NCBI GenBank assembly: GCA_030704615.1
Contig: CM060733.1
Span: forward strand, 26,908,001 to 26,972,000
Reading direction: 5' to 3'
From: Takakia lepidozioides
Lineage: Eukaryota; Plantae; Bryophyta
DNA length: 64,000 bases
How positions within the stretch are numbered: position 1 is the stretch's first letter; each line of letters starts with the position of its first letter. Made by a program: the position numbers and the translations under genes. Below the pieces are notes generated by a model that saw only the letters and a list, made by a program, of their open reading frames with translations, was not told the origin of the DNA and ran no database searches. Positions 26,591-36,458 of this stretch are shown one piece after another.

Positions 26591-27562
26591 TTAAGGTTTT
26601 CTTTTAGGATTAGGTCCATCTGGATATTGACGGAGGGCTAGAACTAGGGGTTCGTATTTTTCACGTTTAAACTTAATGGATTGGTCGGGATCTCTGCCAT
26701 GACAGAAGGAAAATTCAATGATATGAATAGTAAAAGAAGGGAGTGGACCTATTGGTGCTGCCGATGAGATGGGGAGTCCTTCGACATAATCTGGACATAA
26801 TCTTGCCAGACAGAGGCATGGGTGGTGAACGCATGTACAGGGTAACAACCATGAGGGTATTGTGTGGTCCGGTGGCCTACCTTGAAATGTGCCTGCATTA
26901 ATGAGGTTGTACCATCTAGATTTAAGGTGTGTGAGGAGAATTTTATGGAGTTGCCAATGTCCTTGATTATGCCGAGTAATGTGAAGGTCCATGGATAATG
27001 GGATGTTTACAGTGGAGAAGAAGATGCGGTCATCTGTCCACTCGAGAGGTTTGGGAATAGCATAACGTGCAATGTTTGTTATGATATAATAGAGGCTAAA
27101 ATAGATTACGTCGTTGATTGCCTGGCATGTATTGTCCGTCTTGAAATCGGAGCGTCTGTTTAATTTGGGCATCAGTGATTACTGGAGACTTCCAGAAGTG
27201 ATTAAATATATCGTGGAGTAGCTGAGATGACATAACCCATTTGGATATGTAGGTGTTTAGATATGTGGATGATGCACGGATTCCAGGTGAATATGATTAG
27301 TCGTGGGGTAAGACGTAGTAGGTTGGATGGTTCAAAGTTGAGCAAGTTGGTCTGCTATCTCATTAGCTGTGATACCTATGTGGGCTCTAACTTTGTGGAG
27401 ATGAATTTGTATTGGGGATGAGTGTACAATATCTATGATGGTCTTAATGAGGCGAAGGTCGGGGTGATGAATTTGGGAGGAAGGTATAAGGTTTTGGTTA
27501 GGGAGGAGATACAAAGAGACTAAGGGCAGTTGCAGGATAGGGTGTCTCAGTTTGGACATCAT
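26591..27562 (-). mobile_element. 3' part of a non-LTR retrotransposon with RNase H and a restriction-like endonuclease (Dualen/RandI-like)
   Basis: RNase H C-terminal motif HKVRAHIGITANEIADQLA (ORF 27562..27332), then RHN, PSWLLPCTC, RLCPD..., HIIEFSFC and KREKYEPL (PD-(D/E)xK RLE signature) in ORF 27172..26591. Confidence 0.75.
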
Positions 27563-28749
27563 CGGGCATTTTTTCAGTGACTGTGCTTCATGTTATCTTT
27601 CTCTTTGTTCACAATATTTCATTTTTATTATAAAGGACATTGGTTCTTGTAGACCACCTACGAGACCTATATAGTGTAATAATTTTTTCGCAAATTGGAT
27701 GAACTATAAGACTGCTATGGACTTTTGAATCTCAAAACACTGTTTTGTCATCCGCACAGTTTTTTGTGCTATGGACTAAAAGACATATCTAAATGTAACC
27801 AATTGTGATAAAGACAAAAAACCATGTGTGGAAATTTTGCAATGTCTCAATAGGTGAAAGTAGTTTGGAAATCTATCAAAATTTTACCAATCTGTGGATT
27901 TTTTTATACACCAAAAAACACGTGTTTTTCATTAGTACATAACATATTGTCTTTTGGGTTTTTGGGATATCATCTTTTACTAATAAATATATAAATATAT
28001 AATCTAGGATGGCCAGGTGGTATATGGACAAATGATCATACATTCTAAGATTTGGCTCCTAAAAGGTTTTTCTAATTAAAGATTAATCCCTAAAGGACGA
28101 TGCGACCCATTTCAGGTCGCGTCGTTTTTTCACTTAGCTGTAGATTTCTAGGATGGTATCCGATAAAGATGGGCCCCAAAGCAAAATTGTACCTTGCATT
28201 GACAATTATCGAACACACTAAATGCTGCGCCATTTGGAATATTATGTTACATCCCCTGAGTTTGACTTGAAATTTTCAACTGTAAATTGGTGCATTACCT
28301 TTGTATTCCTACCTGACATCTACTCACCGTTGAATTTTTTTTTTCATGCAAAATTTCTGCTACTTGTTGCATCCAAGCAAAAGCCTTGTTCTTTTTGTCC
28401 ACAACCCTCCGGCATTATAATCTTCTAATTCCAACGGTGGAATGAGCTGCAAATTTTTGAGCATATATATGATGAAGTTACTGACAACATTGTACGGTTC
28501 ATCCACATGGATGAACTCTGGCAGCAAGACATATCCACTTGGGGCCCGCCATATCAGGGTTTTTGAAAATATCAATAAAAAACTCTCATAGGGTTAAGAT
28601 TCCTAATAAATAATATATATAAAATGTGGATTAGACCCTTTACTAAAGATGTTAAGTGTACTATTGTCTATTTTTAAAAGAATCAAACTGAAAAAATATG
28701 CTTAAAAAAAAATCGTGGTCGTGGGGTGGCCGTATTCCATGGTTTGTCC

Positions 28750-29285
28750 TGGTTGAATATGCGAGGGTAGATGTGGGGCGCCTGTTGCGGTTCATCGTAG
28801 TGGGGTAAACAAGTGGTTAAATATTTGCTTTAATTGTGAAAAGAAAGTACAAGGTATTTGTGGGCAGCGGTGTACATATACTAGTTTAGTTAGGGATGGC
28901 TATGGATATTTCATATGTTTTGGTAATCGTGGGGTTGATTAATAGATGATCGTGCGTGGGTCAAATATAGCAAATGTGAACATTATGGGGGGCTAGCCAA
29001 CATAGGGTGATCAGTGTTATTGTGTTTATTGAGCGGGATGTATAATACGGTAAAGGCTTTTGCGGATATATGGGCAACTATTCTTGCCCAATGGATTGCT
29101 TTGAAAGCTATATTACAGTTTGGGGTGTGTGCAAATCCTCTACTTTGCCATTGCCATTGATGAGACCTGGCCAAGCCTAGAGAGAGCCGAAACAATGGTC
29201 TGCGTTATACAAGCTGGAGTAACTCTTCATTCCCATGGGGCATGGTGAGAGGGGTTAGAGGGTTAGAGTAGTATGAGTGGGTGAG
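28750..29285 (-). mobile_element. Upstream fragment of the same retrotransposon type, methyltransferase-like segment
   Basis: Correcting small duplications gives LTHSYYSNPLT-CPMGMKSYSSLYNADHCFGSLGLARSHQWQWQSRGFAHTPNCNIAFKAIHWARIVAH. Strand and A/C-rich composition match the 26.6-27.5 kb fragment. Confidence 0.55.
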
Positions 29286-29359
29286 TGACGTAACCGAAAA
29301 ACGTTTTCCATGGCTACTGAATTGTCACAGCCGAACCATGTACCCGACAGTGGTCCTAC

Positions 29360-29484
29360 CCGAAGATGACAGCGTTCCACAGCATGATGTTGTTGTCCTC
29401 AGGCGCGCCACTGATGCCTGCGGGAGGACCATGTTGCAAGCGCTTAAAGTCTCGCATCAACCTCTTCCGTGATGGGGTCGACAT
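29360..29484 (-). pseudogene. Orphan first coding exon of a RAD6-type ubiquitin-conjugating enzyme (UBC1/2-like)
   Basis: ATG at 29484 gives [42 protein letters not shown], followed by a GT donor at 29359. Retroelement sequence begins about 75 bp downstream and later exons were not found by eye. Confidence 0.85.
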
Positions 29485-30790
29485 GGCTCCTCCCCCTTCC
29501 GCCTGGGAGGCAACCGCTCTGCCCGCACTATCTTCTCTTCTCCAGCCCCCTCTCCTCCGCGTCCTACTTAGATCCCCATAAAAACTACCACCAGCTCTTC
29601 AACCCCCGTCACAAATCCTTCTCGCACAGGATGCCGATGGCTGGCTATGGCGGAACCGGGCGTGAAACCCTGACAATGAGACCGCACGCTTCTGGCACGC
29701 CAGTGACACACTAATCCTTTCATCCTGGTTGACTTCTCTGCGTTAGTCAAACCTCACTTAGGTCTCGAGAGAACTGATTTTCATTTTGTGTGGCTAAGCA
29801 ATCCTCCGTGAACAGCAGAAATCGAAGACCAAGGTGTTTGAATTTCTGGATTGATGAAGACCCATCAGCAGAAGAGTATACCTACTTGTCCTTCAATTCA
29901 CTGCAGTATTGGTGAAACACATGCCTTAAGAGCTTCTGTAGCCCGCATGCACAAGGACAACCTTCAGGAGCTGTAGTCACTATGCCCATCCCTGCTATGG
30001 TGGCACAGCAACATGTGGATATGCTCACCTCTCGTTATATATCAGAGAGACTACCCATCCAATGTGAGTTTATGCCAGGCAAGCAAGACTGACAACATAA
30101 CTGATAATTAGACTAAACTCCAAACTCCAAACCCATCTTTGGTGTGCTGTCTTCTGATTACAAGGGACAATTAGTAAGCCTTTCCACCCGCTGTCACATT
30201 GAAGTGGTGTAGCCACATTGTGACACCCCAATGCATTGTGCCTCACTTCATGCATCCTGCAGTGGAACCATCAGTGTGGGCCACCCTGAACACGTGAACC
30301 TGAAGGACAATCTGGCAATGTCACTTTCTTCCTGCAAACATCTCATTCCTTCCTGTTACATATCAAAATCATCTGTTTAGAGTTCACATTTGAACAAAGT
30401 CAAAACTCATTGATTTGCAAGCTCTCATTTTGGGTCCTTCAAATCAACATGAAAATTCACTTATGCACAGTTACAATTTCAGTTCTCTGCAGAGAGCAGC
30501 ACTCACAAATACAGGGCATCGCTTCCATCTTGAAGAGAATGTACTCAAACATTTCTGCTGAACCAAACAATGGGTATGTAACATGCTTCTGTGGGGCCAA
30601 CATCTGCTATTGTTTACAAAACATTTATATATTACAGTGACAACCACATGACCTGTGGCTGCAGCTCCGTGCTTTCTGAATCGTGGCACTGAAAGAATGA
30701 AGACTATTCTCGTGTTATTACTCCTCCATAATTTCGAGGGTAATCTTGACCATGGTCCCACTCATATGGACATGGCTGATCAAATGGATA

Positions 30791-32561
30791 CTAATACTCG
30801 TTTGCCAACTTCTCTTCGTCCACCTCAAACGCTTTTCTGGCACGCTTCAGCTCTTCGTTCATGGCCAACAGCTCCTTGACTCTTGCAAATTTGCGGGCAT
30901 CCTGCATCCAACCCAAACATCATTTAAATTCGTCCAATCCACCTAAAACCAAGGTTGCAAACCTTATTTACCCACTTGATTTGTCAAGCCGGGGAAGTAC
31001 TGAGTAATTGCTGCTCAACTACAGAGTTGGTGCACAAGCATTTGTGCCTCCACATCCAGGAAACCACAAACACAAACATTTGATGAAGATGAATCATTGG
31101 GTGTGATTGCTTACCTTGCGCACAAGGAACATGATGTCCTCAGTTGTGAGCTTGCCCCTCCTTGATGCCACGTCTTGTGACTTGTGAACCTGCAGCCCAG
31201 TTCAGTTCCACAATCAGGTAGAATTTTTGGGCATGTTTGGAAATTAGCGAAATAAGCCCACAAATGAAGAATTCGGGTGTGGCACATGACAGGAAATCAA
31301 CTAGTCACTGGACTGAATTTCAGTTTGTGGAGAAGCTGTGGTTGAGCCAGAGCTGGTTACAACTAGGCAGATACAGAGACAGATGGTTCGACAATTCATT
31401 ACTAGGTCAAGGCTAACATGCACCACATTTACAGTCACCCAAAGAGACAGATAGTTAGACATTTTGTTAATAGGCTAAGGGTAACACGTGTCCCATTTAC
31501 AGTCAGTCACCCACACACCTTTACTAAATAGGCATGGTAAGAGATTTCTTGGTCGTCAACCCTTGCATGTACCCACATCATTTGGCATAGCAAAAGGTGA
31601 GGGCGATGCTGCAATCTCTATGTTAAAGCCTGAGGAATGACAAGTAACGATTGTCTAGGGGTTTTCCACAAGTCTACACATGTAGAGTAAGAAAGAGATC
31701 AACTCACCATATCAGTGATGTAGTCAATCAGTATGTCCTCTATCAGACAGACAGTCTCTGGCATTGGCTGCACAGCAACAAATATTAGGTTCTCCTCTAC
31801 TGCAAAATGCTTTAAGAAAAATAGAAACACATATGTTCCAACTTTGCTATCTCAATTTTCACAAGGATACGACAGCCCAGGTCAAGGCAGACAGTCTGTA
31901 AGTGATAGAGCAATTCTGCAAGATTCCAGCACATGTAAAAAGCATGAGAAAACGTTGTGTCCGCAGTAGAGATAGGGGGGCATACGTACATCAGAATCAT
32001 CGCCAAATCCATACATCATCAGACGCACTGCCCATCATAACCACCATCCAACACACTTAGGATTGGCTTATTAACTATCCACACTCCCACAGCGACTGCA
32101 ATTCACCAATAACAAGACATCGAAGTCTTTCCACCTTCTGCGTACTAATAGAGTTCTCCCTGGACCTGCGAACCAATCTATATGATCTCATCTCAATTAT
32201 TTACACTCCGGTTGTGTGACGACGGCACATACGTTAAAAGAAGCCTGCTTCAGCATGAAAAGTACCTTAGAGCTAAGACCCAAGTACAAAGAAGAAAATA
32301 AAGGATACACCGAGGCAAACTTTAGGTATGAATGAAGATGCACCATGGAGGAGAGGAAGAGCGAAGACAGACAGAACTGCACCACATACACAAAATAAAT
32401 AGAGAAGGGAGCTCACAATCTTTACTGAAAAGGCCACGTTTGCGCTTCAATGAACTTTCAGCGCCCTGCTGCGCCCCTCCGGACTTCGGCTTGCTCCCAC
32501 CTCCTGTTCCAGCTGCTGTTGAAGCTCCTTCAGCGGTCACTGCAGGCGTCAGACCAGCCAT
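30791..32561 (-). CDS. TAF13: TFIID subunit 13, 5 exons
   Basis: Exons 32561-32417, 32027-31990, 31767-31708, 31189-31115 and 30901-30791 read KRKRGLFSKDLRLMMYGFGDDSDPMPETVCLIEDILIDYITDMVHKSQDVASRRGKLTTEDIMFLVRKDARKFARVKELLAMNEELKRARKAFEVDE. Confidence 0.95.
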
Positions 32562-32950
32562 GGTCGTCCTTCCTCCCTACAATACTTCGTCAAAATCTAC
32601 CAAGTACGCTATTATCACTAGTTACGGATGCAGTGCGGCGCACACAGATCGTATTTGTGCAATTACTGGGCTAGAGATGGTAAATGACTGGCTTTGCAAT
32701 TCCTTGTTATTTTAGAAACTGCAGATGACATAAGGCAACAGTAGGTAGCTCCAATTGAATACCACACAAATCTGGCAAGACAATGATAGTCCATGGATGA
32801 CCTCTCCTGTTATAAGCTGTCAGGTTTCTCTGAGTGAAGAGATCTCCAGCACATGAGGGCTCCGAGCATTTGCATGCCCAGAGCATCCATGAGACCTATC
32901 TATCTCCTCTGGAATATATTGGAGATAGCATGAGTGCAAACTCTTCGTCT

Positions 32951-32958
32951 AAACCCTA
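32951..32958 (+). promoter_or_regulatory. Telo-box (AAACCCTA) in the TAF13/RRP41L divergent interval
   Basis: Exact AAACCCTA about 160 bp upstream of the RRP41L ATG. Telo-boxes are common in promoters of plant RNA-processing and translation genes. Confidence 0.5.
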
Positions 32959-33115
32959 TGCGACTGAACGAAAACCTAACGAAGTATGACAATAATGTGA
33001 AACGAAAAACGATCCTCAATGCAAGACAACGAACGAAGTTGTTTGTTTCGTTCACTCTTTGGACGAGGTCTGCAGCTTGAGAGAGAGAAGCTCACAGGCT
33101 GGATTTGCAGTAGCC

Positions 33116-35519
33116 ATGGCAACAACTCGAAGCATGAGCAACTCGAAGACAGATACTTACGCACTGCAATCCAGCGCTGCAGATCTCACAATCAGAAAAG
33201 CTCCGCCATCGTTACTATCTCCTGATGGTACACGCCTAGATGGTCGACTTCCTCAAGAATGCCGGGCCCCATGTATGTCAGATTCTCTTTATCACGAGCT
33301 ACTGACCTGATTTATTTATTTTTTCATCGAGGAAAATGTTCCTGTGGCTTGTAGGGGATAGAAGGAAATGTTGTGTGCATACTATATTGCGTAGCAGGTA
33401 TATCTCGTTTTCCTGTGTCATTACATATCAGCTTGTTTGGATCATGTGCAAAGATATGAAGACTGGAGCGGTCAGTGCAGCAGCAGGATCAGCATACGCA
33501 GAATTTGGTCAAACGAAGGTTATCGTGTCTGTGTACGCCTTCTTCTCCTTTTTCGTAAACTTGTTGGTCTTCTAACGCAATAGGTGAAGACATCCAGCGA
33601 ATAATATTGAGGAGGACTGGAGGTAATCTTAATTAAATGTGTTTTGGCGGGAAGTTTTCTTTGTAAATAATCAGCCAGGGAGGCATAAACTTGTGAACAC
33701 TGACGTTCACATTGGCTTCTGATAGATTGGACTATGTTCCAGGTATGGGCCCCGAGAAAGCAAGAAAGCCCAAGCATTTAGCGATATCGGTCGTCTCAAT
33801 TGCGATGTCAAGTTCGCTACCTTTGCCACTCCTGTGAGAGGGAAAGCCAAGCAGGTAAACATTGGCACTACCATCAAACTTCTTCAACTTAGTTTCATCT
33901 TTTTTACCAGGGAGTCTACACATGGACAGTCTCATACATAGATTTTGTTGCCATAACTCAGGGTACAGAGGAGAAAGAGTATCCGGTGCTGCTCCACAAA
34001 GCTTTGGAGGGTGCGGTTGCACTGCATACATTTCCGAAGACAACTGTTGATATATTTGCCCTAATTCTGCAGTCTGGTGGAGGTGTGCTCCTTGTGCAAC
34101 CTTCTTTGGCCTTGTTTCTGCAATTGCATGAAATTTGTGTTTGTTTGTTCTCTCTCTCTCGCTCCCTCCCTCCTTCCTTTGACTTGTGTCTTTTCTGCTC
34201 TGCTCTACTTGGTATGAGGATTTATGGCCAGAAGCCTATGACAAGCAGTGTGTCATGACTGCAATTTCTGTCCTGGGTGGTCTTGAGTTTCACAGGGCTT
34301 CATACCTTTCAATTATGGGCTATGTCGCAGGAGACTTGGCAGTGGTTATTTCATGTGCATCAATGGCACTGGCGGATGCAGGCATTGTCATGTATGATCT
34401 TGTCCCAGCAATCTCAATGGTATGCGTGTTTGGATTTCATTTGCAAAGAAGTTCTCAGTCCCAGTTTCTGCCTTCTCATATCGTGCAGTTTAGGGTCAAA
34501 CACAGCATTTTAATCCAGCTTGTAACTGTTATCGAGACATGTTACTTGTAAAGGGTCAAATGGAGCGTCATGCCAATCCCACATAGGGGGTAGGAAGTGA
34601 CTGAAGGGTTGTTGTATTTGCGGTGGCAGAGCTGTGTGGGAAGGCAGGTGCTTCTTGATTCCACTGTGGAGGAAGAGAGTTGGAGTGATGGAGAGATGAT
34701 GGTTGCTGCCATGACTTCTCGAAATGAGGTCACACAGCTGACCATCACTGGGGAATGGCCCAGCTCAAGGGTATCAGATGTATGCCTTCTATCCATTATT
34801 ATTTCCTATTGTGGCTTGTGTAACTCGGGCCAGAATTTTGATCTTATTTGCCTTAGTCTCTATGTCTATCTATGTCTCGGGAAGCGGGAAGCCTACCTTC
34901 AAACAATAAACAAATGCAGAGAGGATAAGGAGATTGTAATTTCTCGATCTGCGGGCAGTCTGAAGACATTATCCATTTTCTGATACATTGTCCTGGATAT
35001 CCTCACCAGAGAGTGACTCTCTTCAGGAACATCAGCCTCTGTTCACCAACTTTATAAATCTTGAGGCTGAGCCTAAGGCCATGGCCCTATTGGGGGGGTC
35101 TAATTGCTGGGCAGATCACACATCAGGGTGATGCTTGTGTGAGGTGTTTTCTAGAGGATATCTGGGAAGCCCGATCTAAGTTGTCTATTCCAAGGTAAGT
35201 CCCACTGCTGGAGTGAGCCCCTCACAAAGGTGGTTTCTGTCCCCTTTAGCTCCACCCAATGAATGCGGGGTGATGGCCAAGGCTATGAATACATTCTAGC
35301 ATTACGTCAAAACCGTTTCAAATATATAGCGGATTCAGGTCCTTTAGCCAAAACTAATATCTGTTTCTCTCTGGCTTTTCTCTGATCCCGACTGAACGTT
35401 GTTGTATGATTGGTGGATTGGTGTCAAAGGCGCTGCAGCTCTGTATGGATGCGTGCACAAAAATTGCGGATGTCATGAGAACAATCTTGAAAGAGCAAGC
35501 TGCTGGAGGGTTTCAATAA
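33116..35519 (+). CDS. RRP41L: Exosome RNase PH-like subunit (RRP41-like/MTR3), 7 exons
   Basis: Spliced product contains RLDGRLPQECRA, KTGAVSAAAGSAYAEFGQTKVIVSVYGPRE, GRLNCDVKFATFA, FPKTTVDIFALILQSGGGDLAVVISCASMALADAGIVMYDLV and EVTQLTITGEW. Last exon ALQLCMDAC... ends at the stop 35517-35519. Confidence 0.92.
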
Positions 35520-36458
35520 CAAGCTTTTGAAGACTTATTATCACCCCGGTTCCCAAACAAGCAATGGGCACAACATCTGTGTGTGTATATTGATGCACAG
35601 TGGACCTGAAGGAAAACGTGCACATCTCATCTCAGCTGCACAGCTGTCCAAAGAAATGATACTTTTAGGGATACTGCAACTGGGAACTTAGTCCAGAGAC
35701 AATTGGTTCTATATTGCTGGAGACAAGGTTGTACATGCCTTTGATCAGATGTGATCTGCTTCCTCCTGTGATGCCTTCCCTCAACACACACTGTCCTTTA
35801 CAGGCACCATTTGCTTACAATGGTTTACAGATTCTATGCCCATAGACAGTAAAACTGTCTTCTAAGGCTGTGCTTAAATTGAAGCAAGCCTTTCAGGAGT
35901 ACCTAGTGTTTATGTGTCACCGTTCAGGATTCTGAGTTCTGCCCTCTGCTCACATTGTTTGCTTTGGGTCGTGAAGTAAAAAGATGAGAAAGCCATCGAT
36001 CCCATCGATCCCTTTTGTTCCACCACACCAGAGCGTCCACGTGTCGTATCATTATCTCACCTGCAACTCACCTAGTAAACATCGCCGATCGGTTTTTTTT
36101 AAATTAAATACTAGACGAATCTATTTTTGTAACTGTTTACTTGTTAATTAATGGTGAGAGTCAATGCCCTCCATTTTCCGTTGCGCCGCGTGTTGAATGG
36201 ATGTTCAACAGAATTCATCTAGTCGGAGTCATGCATGGATGGATGAGCGGGTGAATGGATGGATGGCAGCAACGCCAAGATGGATATGGCGTGGGAAGGA
36301 TCGGACGGTGTAGCGGATGCGACGTGGCAGGGGAAGAAGGGATTTAGTCCCATCCTGTTCGCAAAATGTGTGTAGAGAAAACAACAGTTTTTGGGATAAA
36401 GAGAGAGGGAGAGGAAGAGATTGAAAGGTGGGGTCGGGGATTGCGCAGGGGAAGGAAG

